Assembly (NCBI GenBank): GCA_963833225.1 | Contig: CAWHXD010000008.1 | Coordinates: forward strand, 384,001 to 448,000 | Length of the DNA: 64,000 nucleotides | Direction of reading: 5' to 3' | Source: an uncultured Chloroflexia bacterium | GTDB lineage: Bacteria; Chloroflexota; Limnocylindria; Limnocylindrales; CSP1-4 | Shown: positions 8,731-22,518 of the stretch, piece by piece | How positions within the stretch are numbered: position 1 is the first letter of the stretch | Layout of the letters: every line of letters begins with the position of its first letter | Program-made: the position numbers and the translations under genes | Notes under the pieces: generated by a model | Databases searched by the model: none | Seen by the model: only the letters and a program-made list of their open reading frames with translations | What the model was told of the DNA's origin: nothing

Positions 8731-10569
8731 CTACTGAGCCATCGCATAGACCTGGGCGTAGTCCCACGAGCCGTAGGGCGCCCAGCGATACAGGCCACCC
8801 ACCTGGGTGCCCGCGATGGTCTGCGTGAGGCCGAACAGGGTCGGGATCGCGTAGACCTGCTGCATCGCTTCCTTGTTCAGATCCTGCCACTTGATGGCCT
8901 GATCCGGCCGATTGGTGTCGGACAGGGCCGTGTCGACCTTGGCGACCCACGCGGGATCGTCGACGCGCGAGAGATCGAAGCCGCCGTTCGGGGTGAACAG
9001 GGGCGGGATGATGGTCGAGGCGTTCGGCCAGTCGGGGCCCCAGCCGGAGCTGCCGAACTCGTTCGCACGGGCGTCATCGAAGACGGTTCCGTAGTAGCCG
9101 GACGTGATCGGGTTGAGGTTGATCGTGAAGCCGGCCGCCTGGAGCGAGCTCTGGATGATCGCCGCAGACTTGTCACTGACCGGGCTCGACGAGTAGTCGT
9201 AGGTCAGCGTCGGCGCCGCTTCGCCCGACTGGGAGATGAGCTGCTTCGCGAACTCCGGGTCGCCGCCCGCCGGGACGGCCTGACCGAAGAGATCGGTGGC
9301 CCAGCCGGTCGGGGCATAGTCCGAGCCCAGGTTCGGCTTGATGACGCCATCGCCGAGCACGCCGGCGAAGTCGCCGCCTGCGTTCTTGAGGATGGACGCG
9401 CGGTCGAGCGCAACCGCCATCGCCTGCCGGATCTTGACGTTTTGCACCTTGTCGACCCGGACCCAGAGGTAGCTGGAGTAGGGGTCGAAGAAGCTGAACG
9501 CGCGGCCGGCGTAGTCGGCTGCGGCGGTGTTCGGGTCGGTGAAGATCGTGTTGAAGTTTTCCGGCTGGATGTTGCCGTACTGGAGGGCATAGACGTCGTC
9601 ACCGGACGGCTGCATGAGCCGCTGGTCGACGACCGTCGGGTCGAGGCCGAAGAGGACCTCCCACTTGTCCGGGTACGCGCCGCGGTAGCCACCGTCGGCG
9701 GCCGAGGACCAGTACGGGTTCCGCACGAGCACGAGCGAGCCGCCGTTGCCCGGCGTGTTGCTCTCGATCATGTACGGGCCGTCCGACCACGGCATCGTGG
9801 TGTAGGTCTCGCCGGTGTCGACGCCCGGGTGATCGGTCGGGTTCGGGACGGCTTCCATGCCGAGGGTCACGGCGTAGTTGAAGTCACCAATGCCCCTGTT
9901 GAGGTTGAAGGTGATCTCGTTGCCGTTGCACTGGACCGCCTTGTCGAACAGCGCCTGCTGCTCCGGGGTGGCCTTGTACGGGCCGGGATAGGCACTGCCG
10001 TTATCGGCAGCCGAGTCAGCCGGGATGTCCAGGTACACGATCGCGTACGTCGGGCCGTCGGTGATGACGTCCGTCGCGAACGTCCGCGAGATGCCGTAGG
10101 CGTAGTCCTCGCACTTGACTGCCGAGCCGTCCTGCCACTTGAGGCCGTCACGCAGGGTGAACTTCCACTGCGTGGCGTCGGCATTGGCGGTCCCCGTGTC
10201 GGTCGCGGCGTCCGCAACGAGCGTGGACGCCGTCGCATCATCCGGTGAGTACACGTAGGAGGTCAGCGCCTGGGTGATCGTGGCGTTGAAGAACGCCATG
10301 TCCTCGCCGGTGTAGGCGCGCTGGGGATCGATGTCCTGGAAGTGGTCGGCGCCCCGCGTCGCCGTGGTCATCAGCAGGTAGAGGGTTCCACCCGTCTGGG
10401 GGCCTCCAGCTGGAGTGGACGGGGGGGCGCTCTGCTCAACTGGCGTTGATCCGGCGGGGGTGCTGGCAGCCTGGCTCGGACTCGGGGTCGTGCTGGACCC
10501 GCATGCCGCAACCACCAGCCCGGCGGCAGCTAACAAGCTGACCGCACGCCGCAGGTTCGGTCCTGTCAT
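8731..10569 (-). CDS. oppA: Family-5 ABC solute-binding lipoprotein
   Basis: Lipobox VVAAC; WKFTLRDGLKWQDG; IRQAMAVALDR; GAGGAG RBS before the ATG. Confidence 0.9.
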   Translation of the reverse strand: MTGPNLRRAVSLLAAAGLVVAACGSSTTPSPSQAASTPAGSTPVEQSAPPSTPAGGPQTGGTLYLLMTTATRGADHFQDIDPQRAYTGEDMAFFNATITQALTSYVYSPDDATASTLVADAATDTGTANADATQWKFTLRDGLKWQDGSAVKCEDYAYGISRTFATDVITDGPTYAIVYLDIPADSAADNGSAYPGPYKATPEQQALFDKAVQCNGNEITFNLNRGIGDFNYAVTLGMEAVPNPTDHPGVDTGETYTTMPWSDGPYMIESNTPGNGGSLVLVRNPYWSSAADGGYRGAYPDKWEVLFGLDPTVVDQRLMQPSGDDVYALQYGNIQPENFNTIFTDPNTAAADYAGRAFSFFDPYSSYLWVRVDKVQNVKIRQAMAVALDRASILKNAGGDFAGVLGDGVIKPNLGSDYAPTGWATDLFGQAVPAGGDPEFAKQLISQSGEAAPTLTYDYSSSPVSDKSAAIIQSSLQAAGFTINLNPITSGYYGTVFDDARANEFGSSGWGPDWPNASTIIPPLFTPNGGFDLSRVDDPAWVAKVDTALSDTNRPDQAIKWQDLNKEAMQQVYAIPTLFGLTQTIAGTQVGGLYRWAPYGSWDYAQVYAMAQ

Positions 10570-10689
10570 TGGTTCTCCTCTAACGATGCTCCAGGCTGAT
10601 CCCGAAGCAGACTGTACGGCAGTGTACACGCAGCCAATGGCATGGCGTCTATTCCGCGCGTCCGCCGCGTTGCCGTCGGTTGTCCCGAC

Positions 10690-11622
<933 letters not shown>

Positions 11623-11674
11623 GGCCGGGAGAATAGCAGACGGGCCCGGCGCCGTTGATGACTGCCGTGCGCCG

Positions 11675-13174
11675 TCAGTCCGGGCAGGGCGTCTGGGCGC
11701 CCGCCAACCCCTTCCAGTGCAGGTTGGGCTGACGCGCCGCAGTCGCCTCATCGAGCCGCCGGACCGGCGCCGAATGCGGGGCGCCCTTGACCAGCTCCGG
11801 GTCCGACTCGGCTTCGCGGGCGATCTCGATCAGGGCGTCAGCGAAGGCATCGAGCGTCTCCAGCGACTCGGTCTCGGTGGGCTCGATCAGCATCGCTTCG
11901 TCGACGTTGAGCGGGAAGTAGATCGTCGGCGGGTGGTAGCCCTTGTCGATCAAGCGCTTCGCGATGTCCAGCGTGCGCACCCCGGTCCGGTGCTTGAGGT
12001 CCGACGCCGAGGCCACGAACTCGTGCTTGCACGCCCGCTGGAAGGGCACGTCGTAGGTGCCCTGGAGCCGGTGCTTGAGGTAGTTCGCCGCGAGGACGGC
12101 ATCGTCGCTCACCTCGCGCAGGCCGGATCCGCCGTGGGCACGGATGTAGGCGTACGCCCGCACCAGCACGCCGGTGCTGCCGAAGAAGCTGCGCATGCGG
12201 CCGATGGTGGTCGGGCGCTCGCCGGCCCGTTCCAGCCGGAAGGTCCCGTCCTCCTCGCGCCGTACGCGGGGAGCCGGCAGGAACGGCTCCAGGACCTTGC
12301 GCACGCCGACCGGACCCGCGCCGGGCCCTCCCCCACCGTGGGGCGTGCTGAACGTCTTGTGGGTGTTGAAGTGCATGACGTCGAACCCGGCGGCGCCGGG
12401 CCGGAACCGGCCCATGATCGCGTTGAGGTTCGCGCCGTCCATGTAGGCGAGGGCTCCCGCCTCGTGCGTCGCGTCGAGCAGCTCGCCGATCCGGTGCTCG
12501 AACAGGCCGAGCGTGGACGGGTTGGTGATCATGATCGCGGCCGTCCGCGGACCCAGGGCCGCTCGGAAGGCGTCGATGTCCACGCTCCCGTCGGCGGCCG
12601 ACGGGATGGTGACCGTGCGGAACCCGGCCATCGTGGCCGTGGCCGGATTGGTGCCGTGGCTGGAATCCGGGACGAGGACCTCGTTGCGATCCGTGTCGCC
12701 ACGCGAGCGGTGGTAGGCGCGGATCATGAGGATCCCGGTCAGCTCGCCGTGGGCGCCGGCCGCCGGCTGGAGCGTCACCGCGTCCATGCCGCTGATCTCG
12801 GCCAGCATGCCCTCCAGCTCCCACAGCATCGCAAGCGTGCCCTGGGCGGTCGCGTCGGGCGCGAGCGGGTGGAGGTCCGCGAACCCCGGCAGGCGGGCCG
12901 CCCACTCGTTGAGCTTGGGGTTGTACTTCATCGTGCACGAGCCCAGGGGGTAGAAGCCCGTGTCCACCGAGTAGTTGAGCTGGGACAGGTTGACGAAGTG
13001 CCGCACCACCTCGGGCTCCGCGAGCTCGGGGAGCGCGGCCGGCTCCTGGCGCAGGGCGGCGGATGGGATCCGGTCCAGGGCGTCATTGGGCGGGTGCGGG
13101 ATCTTGCCCCCGCCGCGTCCCGGGGCGCTGCGCTCGAAGATCGTGGGCTGCAGCCGCTCGCCGACGACGCTCAT
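11675..13174 (-). CDS. gcvPB: Glycine dehydrogenase (decarboxylating) subunit 2
   Basis: [19 protein letters not shown] and [18 protein letters not shown] (PLP lysine). Confidence 0.95.
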   Translation of the reverse strand: MSVVGERLQPTIFERSAPGRGGGKIPHPPNDALDRIPSAALRQEPAALPELAEPEVVRHFVNLSQLNYSVDTGFYPLGSCTMKYNPKLNEWAARLPGFADLHPLAPDATAQGTLAMLWELEGMLAEISGMDAVTLQPAAGAHGELTGILMIRAYHRSRGDTDRNEVLVPDSSHGTNPATATMAGFRTVTIPSAADGSVDIDAFRAALGPRTAAIMITNPSTLGLFEHRIGELLDATHEAGALAYMDGANLNAIMGRFRPGAAGFDVMHFNTHKTFSTPHGGGGPGAGPVGVRKVLEPFLPAPRVRREEDGTFRLERAGERPTTIGRMRSFFGSTGVLVRAYAYIRAHGGSGLREVSDDAVLAANYLKHRLQGTYDVPFQRACKHEFVASASDLKHRTGVRTLDIAKRLIDKGYHPPTIYFPLNVDEAMLIEPTETESLETLDAFADALIEIAREAESDPELVKGAPHSAPVRRLDEATAARQPNLHWKGLAGAQTPCPD

Positions 13175-14559
13175 CGTGTTCCTCCCGCCACGGCGGCGTC
13201 GCCAAGCTCATCGGCGAGCGCCGCGGCGAATTGGGCGATCTCGTCGCTGGTCGTGACCTCGGTGGCGCACACCAGCAGGCCATCCGCGAGGGTCGGCTCG
13301 TCCGGCAGTAGGTCCGCCGTGGGGATCCCCGCGAGGACCCCGCGGTCGAGCAGTCGGGCATGCACCGCGCGGGCATCCGGGACGCGGACCACCAGCTCGT
13401 TGAGGTAGGCGCCGGCATGGATCCGCGGTGCCCCGGCCGCCTCGAGCGCCGCTGCCAGCTCCGCGGCGCGTGCCGCGCCGGTCGCCGCGACATCGCGCAG
13501 CCCGTGCGGCCCGATGGTCGACAGGTACACGGACGCCGCCAGCGCCAGCAGCGCCTGGTTGGTGCAGATGTTGCTAGCCGCCTTCTCGCGCCGGATGTCC
13601 TGTTCGCGGGCGCGCATCGTCATCACGAACGCGCGCTTCCCGTCCAGGTCCGCCGTCATGCCCACGAGCCGACCCGGGATCTGGCGAACGAGGGCATCCG
13701 TGCAGGAGACGATCCCCAGGTACGGCCCGCCGTAGGCGAGCGGGATCCCCAGAGGCTGCCCCTCTCCGGCCGCGATATCGGCACCGTACGCCGCGGGCGG
13801 CGCGAGCACCGCCAGGCTCACGGGCTCGATGACCGACACGAACAGCGCGCCCGCGCCATGGGCCAGGCGCCCGATCTCCGGCATGTCCTCGAGCAGGCCC
13901 AGGACATTGGGCTGGGCCGCCACCACGCCAGCCACGGGCCGGTCGGTCTCGCCCAGCAGGCGCGCGAGCGCGTCGAGGTCCGTGGTGCCCGCGAGCGGGC
14001 CGCCCGAGACGAGCGGGACCTCGTCCACGCTGAGGCCGGCGCCCTCGGCGTACGTGTCCAGGGTGGCACGGTAGTGGGGATGGACCCCGCGGGAGATGAG
14101 GATCCGCTCGCGCCGGGTCGCCCGGCAGGTCATGAGCGCGGCCTCGGCCGTGGCTGCTCCCCCGTCGTAGTGCGACGCGGAGACCACGTCGAGACCCGTG
14201 AGCGCCGCGAGGAGGCTCTGGTACTCGTAGATGCTCTGGAGCGTGCCCTGGCTGACCTCGGGCTGGTACGGCGTGTAGGCCGTGTACCACTCGCCGCGGA
14301 GCAGCATCTGGTCCACGACCGCCGGCGTCCAGTGGCGGTAGGCGCCGGCGCCCAGGAAGGACGCAAGCCCCGTGCGGTTGCGGGCCGCCAGCGCCTGGAG
14401 GCGCGCCGTCAGGAGGAGCTCCGGCTCGGGATCGTCGAGCGCGAGGGGGCCGGACCGGAGGGCTTCGGGGATGTCCTCGAACAGGTCGTCCACCGAGTCG
14501 ACGCCGATCGCCTCGAGCATCTTCGCTCGATCATCGGCCGCATGCGGGCCGTAGGGCAT
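13171..14559 (-). CDS. gcvPA: Glycine dehydrogenase (decarboxylating) subunit 1
   Basis: [39 protein letters not shown]. Confidence 0.95.
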   Translation of the reverse strand: MPYGPHAADDRAKMLEAIGVDSVDDLFEDIPEALRSGPLALDDPEPELLLTARLQALAARNRTGLASFLGAGAYRHWTPAVVDQMLLRGEWYTAYTPYQPEVSQGTLQSIYEYQSLLAALTGLDVVSASHYDGGAATAEAALMTCRATRRERILISRGVHPHYRATLDTYAEGAGLSVDEVPLVSGGPLAGTTDLDALARLLGETDRPVAGVVAAQPNVLGLLEDMPEIGRLAHGAGALFVSVIEPVSLAVLAPPAAYGADIAAGEGQPLGIPLAYGGPYLGIVSCTDALVRQIPGRLVGMTADLDGKRAFVMTMRAREQDIRREKAASNICTNQALLALAASVYLSTIGPHGLRDVAATGAARAAELAAALEAAGAPRIHAGAYLNELVVRVPDARAVHARLLDRGVLAGIPTADLLPDEPTLADGLLVCATEVTTSDEIAQFAAALADELGDAAVAGGTR

Positions 14560-14562
14560 CGG

Positions 14563-14943
14563 TCAGGCCCCGGCGACGAGCTGCTCGTAGGCCGCCGCGT
14601 CGAGCAGGCTGTCGACCTGCGCCGGATCGGCGAGCCGCACGCGGAGCATCCAGCCCTCGCCGTAGGGATCCGAGTTCACCAGCTCCGGGGCGCCGGAGAG
14701 GGCATCGTTCGCCCCGGTGACCTCGCCGGCGACCGGTGCGAACAGGTCGCTGACGGCCTTGACCGATTCGACGACGCCAAACGTCGCGTGCTGGTCGAGC
14801 GCCCTGCCTGCGGCCGGCAGCTCGACGAACACGATGTCGCCCAGCTGGTCAGCGGCGAACTGGGTGATGCCCACGACGGCCTCGTCGCCGTCGACGCGGA
14901 CCCACTCGTGATCCTTGGTGTAGCGCAGGTCGCCGGGGACCAT
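14563..14943 (-). CDS. gcvH: Glycine cleavage system H protein
   Basis: [15 protein letters not shown] lipoyl lysine, NSDPYGEGW; GGAGG RBS. Confidence 0.97.
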   Translation of the reverse strand: MVPGDLRYTKDHEWVRVDGDEAVVGITQFAADQLGDIVFVELPAAGRALDQHATFGVVESVKAVSDLFAPVAGEVTGANDALSGAPELVNSDPYGEGWMLRVRLADPAQVDSLLDAAAYEQLVAGA

Positions 14944-15039
14944 GGGGCTCCTCCGATCTGGGGCGCTCGGCCTCTCGGCCGGGCACGGGCGCGATGGGAT
15001 AACCGTTGAATGGTGGCGTGCCGGGCGCAGGGCCTGACG

Positions 15040-16155
15040 TCAGGTGGATCGCCTGTAGAACGGCAGCGGGACCACCTCGGCGGCGACGCGGGAACCGCGG
15101 ATCTCCACGTCCAGCATCGTACCGGGTTCGGCGTGCCGGGGGGCGACATACGCCATGGCGATGGCCGTTCCCAGCGTCGGCGACATCGTTCCGGAGGTGA
15201 CCACACCGGTGGGGCCGTCGGCATCGAGCACGGGGTAGCCATGGCGGGCGATCCCGCGTCCACGCAGGACGAGGCCGACGAGGCTTCGCCTGGGACCCGC
15301 GGCCGCCGCCTTCTCGAGCGCCGCGCGGCCCGTAAAGTCGCCGGACTTGGACAGCTTGACGACCCGGCCGAGGCCCGCCTCGAAGGGCATCGTGTCCCGG
15401 TCGAGCTCGTTGCCGTAGAGCGGCATCCCGGCCTCAAGGCGCAGCGTGTCGCGCGCCCCGAGCCCCACCGGAACCAGGCCAAGATCCCGTCCTGCGGCGA
15501 GCACGGCGTCCCACGCCTCCCCGACCCAGTCCACGTCCACGAACAGCTCAAAGCCGTCCTCACCGGTGTAGCCGGTGCGCGCCACCTGGGCCGGGATCCC
15601 GGCGACGCTCCCATCCGCGATGCCGTAGTAGCGGATCGATGCCAGGTCGATGTCGGCCAGCGGCTGGAGGATCTCGAGCGACCGTGGTCCCTGGACCGCG
15701 ACCAGGCCCGTCGACAGGCTCTGGTCGTCGAGGATTGCGTTGAACCCCGCGAGGCGCTCGGCGAGCGCATCGGAGACCGTCCTGGCATTGGAGGCGTTGG
15801 CGACGACCAGGAACCGGTCCTCGGCGCAGCGGTACACGATCAGGTCGTCGAGGATCCCGCCGTCGGGGGCGCAGATCATCGAGTACTGGGCCCGACCGAC
15901 GGCGAGGGCCGGCGGGTCCGTGATGAGCGCGGCTGCGAGGGCCTTGCCGGCCTCCGGCCCGGTGACGACCAGCTCGCCCATGTGCGACAGGTCGAACAGC
16001 CCGGCGTTGGAGCGCACCGCCCGGTGCTCGTCGAGGATCCCGGCGTACTGGATCGGCATCAGCCACCCGGCGAACTCCACGATCTTGGCGCCCAGCGCTT
16101 CGTGGCGGTCCAGGAGCGGCGACGGAACCGGGGCATGCGCGCTGACATCGGTCAT
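15040..16155 (-). CDS. gcvT: Glycine cleavage system aminomethyltransferase
   Basis: FAGWLMPIQY, GLFDLSHMG, RTGYTGEDGFE, GLGARDTLRLEAG. Confidence 0.97.
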   Translation of the reverse strand: MTDVSAHAPVPSPLLDRHEALGAKIVEFAGWLMPIQYAGILDEHRAVRSNAGLFDLSHMGELVVTGPEAGKALAAALITDPPALAVGRAQYSMICAPDGGILDDLIVYRCAEDRFLVVANASNARTVSDALAERLAGFNAILDDQSLSTGLVAVQGPRSLEILQPLADIDLASIRYYGIADGSVAGIPAQVARTGYTGEDGFELFVDVDWVGEAWDAVLAAGRDLGLVPVGLGARDTLRLEAGMPLYGNELDRDTMPFEAGLGRVVKLSKSGDFTGRAALEKAAAAGPRRSLVGLVLRGRGIARHGYPVLDADGPTGVVTSGTMSPTLGTAIAMAYVAPRHAEPGTMLDVEIRGSRVAAEVVPLPFYRRST

Positions 16156-16631
16156 GGAGCGGATCCCCCCGGATCGTGCACGACCGGAAACGAGCCATCC
16201 GTCGCGACGACGGCGGCGCGCGCCGTGAGGGCTCGCTCCGTCTCGAAGGTGAGGAGCGTCGCCGCCTCGTCGAACCCGATCCAGCGGACCTCGTCGAACT
16301 CGTGGTCGTGGCGCCCCAGGTCCCCGCCCGTCGGAACCATGAGGAAGTAGTGCACCGTCTTGTTGATCCGGGTGCGGCGCTGGACGAAGCTGTACTCGAT
16401 GCTGTCGAAGGGACGGATGATCCGCACCGCGAGACCCGTCTCCTCGCGGACCTCGCGCAGCGCCGTCTCCTCCCTCGTCTCGCCGGGGTGGGGCGTGCCC
16501 TTTGGCAGGGTCCAGGTCATCCCGTCACCTGCGCGACTGCGGCGGCCGACCACGAGCTGGGGGGCTCCCCTGTCGAAGCGGATGACGATGCCACCGGCAG
16601 AGGTGGCGACGGCCTGCTTCAGGCGCGCCAC
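16152..16631 (-). CDS. NUDIX hydrolase (Ap4A-hydrolase-like)
   Basis: Nudix box LPKGTPHPGETREETALREVREETGL. Its stop overlaps the gcvT ATG. Confidence 0.88.
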   Translation of the reverse strand: MARLKQAVATSAGGIVIRFDRGAPQLVVGRRSRAGDGMTWTLPKGTPHPGETREETALREVREETGLAVRIIRPFDSIEYSFVQRRTRINKTVHYFLMVPTGGDLGRHDHEFDEVRWIGFDEAATLLTFETERALTARAAVVATDGSFPVVHDPGGSAP

Positions 16632-16936
16632 GCCGGCGCCAGCGACGAGCGTCGTGGGCCGCCGCCACGGCCCGAGCTCGTCCACGACATCGCGGCGGCG
16701 GGCCGCGGGCGCCCATCGGCGACCGATCGCGTCGGCGCGACGACCATCGCCCGCCACGGAGCATGGAGCGCCGTCAGCGGACCGACATCGGGACGACGCA
16801 GCACCGTGCGCCGGCTGGACGCTGCCGTGAAGGCGGGGCCGGAATGCAATCCGAGGCGCCGCTCCCGGGCCCGGGTCGTGGGATGGACGAAGCTCGCGGG
16901 CCACGCCGCATACCGGGCCACGATGCTGTGCTGCAT
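16619..16936 (-). CDS. Hypothetical 105-aa protein, possibly leaderless
   Basis: ATG 6 nt after TACGAT. Fills the gap between the DUF2520 and NUDIX genes; no recognisable motif. Confidence 0.4.
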   Translation of the reverse strand: MQHSIVARYAAWPASFVHPTTRARERRLGLHSGPAFTAASSRRTVLRRPDVGPLTALHAPWRAMVVAPTRSVADGRPRPAAAMSWTSSGRGGGPRRSSLAPAWRA

Positions 16937-16953
16937 GCGCGCATCGTACCGCG

Positions 16954-18028
16954 TCACGGGTCCGCTGCAAGTGCGGCGAGGAGGCGTGCGCCAGCTTCCG
17001 GTGCCAGCGTGCCCCGCGCTTCCGCGACGGCGACGGAGCGCTCCATCAGCGCGCGGTAGACCGGCAGTGCGTCGGGCGCTCCGGCGGCCAGCGCGGCGCG
17101 ATGGGCGGCGATCGTCCCGGCATCGCCGCGTGTGGCCGGTCCGGTCAGCGCTGCGGCTACACCGAGCGCCCGCGCGTTGGCGACGGTCTGCTCGAGCAGC
17201 GGCAGGTAGATCCGGAGGGCGCCCGCCTCGTCGAGCCCGATCACGGCCGCGATCTCCCGGATCGTGTCCAGGAGCGCGGTCACGCCGCCCGCGGCGAGCA
17301 CGGCCGCCGCGTGGTAGGCGGCCTTGGAGCCTGCCGCGAGGCGCACAGGTTGGCCACCGATCGCCTCGGCCATCTCGGCCAGGTGGGCGGCGAGCTCGTC
17401 GTCTCCCTCGATCGCGATCGTCGCACCGTGCGAGAGCCGCGAGGGCCCGGTCGAGATCCGCGAAGGCGACCAGCGGGTGGAAGGCGCCCGCCTGGGTCCC
17501 GGCGGCCAGCGCGGGGGCCAGCACCTCGGCGCCGAGCAGCCCGCTGGTGTGCACGATGGCCTGGCCCGCATACAACCGCAGCGAGGCGGCGAGCGGTGCC
17601 ACGGCATCGTCGGGCACTGCGAGGATGACCAGCTCGACGTCGTCCACGAGCGCGGGGGCCTCGGTGAAGGCGCGGACGGCGTTGCCCACGTGCGCCCGGA
17701 ACCGCTCGCGCCGGCCGGCGTCACGCGACGCGACGGCGCCAACCGGCCAGCCGGCCCGGGCCAGCGCGACGCCGAGCGCCAGCCCCACGGCCCCCGCGCC
17801 GACGATTCCGACGACGGGCCGCTCGCCGGGCGCCGCGTGATGTCGGGCGGGTGCGGTCTCGGTCGAGGCCGGCCGCAGCATCAGGGGGGTGGCGCCGTGG
17901 CGGCTCGTCCGCACGGGATCGAGGTCGATGCCCTCGGCCTCCAGCTCGGCCAGCCGGCCGGCATCCTCCTCCGCGCGGCGCTGGGCACGCTCGCGCAGCA
18001 GCTCCTCGCCGCGCTCCCAGGCTTTCAC
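16954..18028 (-). CDS. Rossmann-like plus DUF2520 protein (PanG-type ketopantoate-reductase-like), one +1 frameshift near 17431
   Basis: GIVGAGAVG, ILAVPDD, HTSG and FHPL in one frame; GATIAIEGD...KAAYHAAAVLA...LTGPATRGD in the next frame. Confidence 0.8.
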
Positions 18029-18064
18029 CGGTCGCGGCCGGGACCGGGGGTGCAGTCCGCGCGG

Positions 18065-18087
18065 TACACTTCCACGCGACGAGTGTA
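18065..18087. promoter_or_regulatory. Inverted pair of -10 hexamers (TACACT-N11-AGTGTA); candidate bidirectional promoter
   Basis: TACACT on + at 18065-18070 and on - at 18082-18087, between divergent genes. Confidence 0.55.
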
Positions 18088-18145
18088 GCGAGCGGTTCGA
18101 GGGCGCACCCTCATCGCCCGGTCCCCACCCCTTGGAGATCAGCGC

Positions 18146-20821
<2,676 letters not shown>

Positions 20822-20873
20822 CGACGCCATCCCGAGACGCCCGGTCCCGGCCGCTCGGCCAGGTCGAATCGAT

Positions 20874-20902
20874 GAGGCCCCCTGTCGATGACAGGGGGCC
20901 TC
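20874..20902. terminator. 13-bp stem-loop between convergent acnA and tRNA-Val
   Basis: GAGGCCCCCTGTC-GAT-GACAGGGGGCCTC, with only a weak U-tract. Confidence 0.65.
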
Positions 20903-21065
20903 GTTGCGTTGACCGGTGCCTCGCGGCTCGGGGAGGAGAAGAACCGGGCGGTGAGGCGCGCGCTCGTCCAGTCCGACGGGCGGTCGCAGGCGCGTGTGAC
21001 GCGTCCCTGGGCACCTCGCAGCAATGCGAACGGCGGAGCCGCCGGCCCGCCGTGAGAGGTCGAGG

Positions 21066-21142
<77 letters not shown>

Positions 21143-21191
21143 GAATCCCCGAAGGGACTCGCATTCTAGCGCGCGCGCCCGGCCCCGCGCA

Positions 21192-21464
21192 TCAGGGCGC
21201 GAGACCCGGCCACCGTGCCCGGAGACGTTCCGGTGTCAGGCCGTCGACGGCGATCCGCTTCAACCGGCCGGTGGCACCGGCGGCCAGCCGGACGTTGGTC
21301 CTCGGGACATCCAGCTCGCCGGCCAGCAGGCGCACCAGCGCCGCGTTCGCGGCGCCCTCCACCGGCGCCGCCGCCACCCGGACGCGGAGGACGCCGTCGA
21401 CCACCCCTTCGATCCGGTCGGCGCCGCCGCGAGGCGTCAGGCGGACGGTGAAGCGTGCCTCCAT
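21192..21464 (-). CDS. DUF167 (YggU/UPF0235) family protein
   Basis: VRLTPRG, LRVRVAAAPVEGAANAALV, GATGRLK; typical yggS-yggT-yggU context. Confidence 0.85.
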   Translation of the reverse strand: MEARFTVRLTPRGGADRIEGVVDGVLRVRVAAAPVEGAANAALVRLLAGELDVPRTNVRLAAGATGRLKRIAVDGLTPERLRARWPGLAP

Positions 21465-21468
21465 GCGG

Positions 21469-21714
21469 TCAGCGCAGCAGGGTCCGCCAGATGACCCCCA
21501 GCACGACGAGGACCAGGAGGGCCGAGAAGTCGAACATCCCGGCCGGGGGCAGCAGCCGGCGCACCGGGGCGAGCAACGGTTCCGTGGTCTGGATCAGCAT
21601 CCGCGACAGGCCCGACGAGCCCGACGGGTCGAACCAGCTGAACAGCACGCGGCCGAAGACGAGCACCCACAGCAGGAACACGAGGATGCCGGCGAACAGG
21701 GCGATGAAGTCCAC
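21469..21714 (-). CDS. yggT: YggT family membrane protein
   Basis: RVLFSWF...TEPLLAPVRRLLP..GMFDFS. Confidence 0.9.
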   Translation of the reverse strand: MDFIALFAGILVFLLWVLVFGRVLFSWFDPSGSSGLSRMLIQTTEPLLAPVRRLLPPAGMFDFSALLVLVVLGVIWRTLLR

Positions 21715-21756
21715 GGGGCGAGTCTAGCAACGAATGCCGGCGTGGCCGTGGCGCGC

Positions 21757-22488
21757 TCAACCGGCCCTGGGCGCTCGCTCCCCGAACAGCGCCCGGCCGA
21801 CGCGCACGATCGTGGCGCCCTCCTCGACCGCGATCCCGTAGTCGTCCGACATGCCCATCGACAGCTCGGGCCCCAGCCGTGGCCAGCGGGCACGCACTCG
21901 CTCCGAGAGCTCGCGCAAGGCCACGAACGTCGCTCGTGCCTCCGCGGGCGTGGCCACGAAGCGCCCGATCGTCATCAGCCCGCGGATCTCGAGCGCCCCG
22001 AGGCGGTCGAGCGCCTCGGCCGCCGGCTCCAGCGCGTCGGGCTGGAACCCCGCCTTGGCCGGGTCCCGGTCCACGTTGACCTCGAGCAGCACCGGCAGCG
22101 GGCGACCCGCCCGCAGCTCGCCGGCCAGGCCCGAGAGGCGGGTCGCAAGCTCGATCGTGTGCACGGATTCGACGACATCGAACAGCTCAACCGCGCGGCG
22201 CGCCTTGTTCGACTGGAGCGGACCGATGAGGTGCCACAGGGCGCCGGTCACGGTGGGGATCTTGGCCGCGCCTTCCTGGACCCGGTTCTCGCCCAGGACG
22301 GTCAGGCCCGCGGCCACGGCGGCCCGGACCCGCGCCGCAGGCACCGTCTTGGACACCGCGACGAGCGTCACGCTGGCGAGGTCACGTCCGGTCCGGGCGG
22401 CTGCGTCCGCGATCTGACCGAGCACGGCCTCCCGGGCGCGTCGGAACCCCTCGACCTCGTCCGGATCGAGGGGCTCGGCGGGTTCCAT
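21757..22488 (-). CDS. yggS: PLP homeostasis protein
   Basis: LVAVSKT, GENRVQE, WHLIGPLQSNK, LSMGMSDDY, GATIVRVG. Confidence 0.95.
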   Translation of the reverse strand: MEPAEPLDPDEVEGFRRAREAVLGQIADAAARTGRDLASVTLVAVSKTVPAARVRAAVAAGLTVLGENRVQEGAAKIPTVTGALWHLIGPLQSNKARRAVELFDVVESVHTIELATRLSGLAGELRAGRPLPVLLEVNVDRDPAKAGFQPDALEPAAEALDRLGALEIRGLMTIGRFVATPAEARATFVALRELSERVRARWPRLGPELSMGMSDDYGIAVEEGATIVRVGRALFGERAPRAG

Positions 22489-22518
22489 GTGGCTGCGGCC
22501 CGCGTGCGCGGGCAGTCG

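Noticed and set aside
16632-16950. Glycine riboswitch upstream of gcvT
   Set aside because: No GGAGA...CCGAAG...CTCAGG aptamer motifs are visible, and gcvT is directly coupled to the NUDIX gene.
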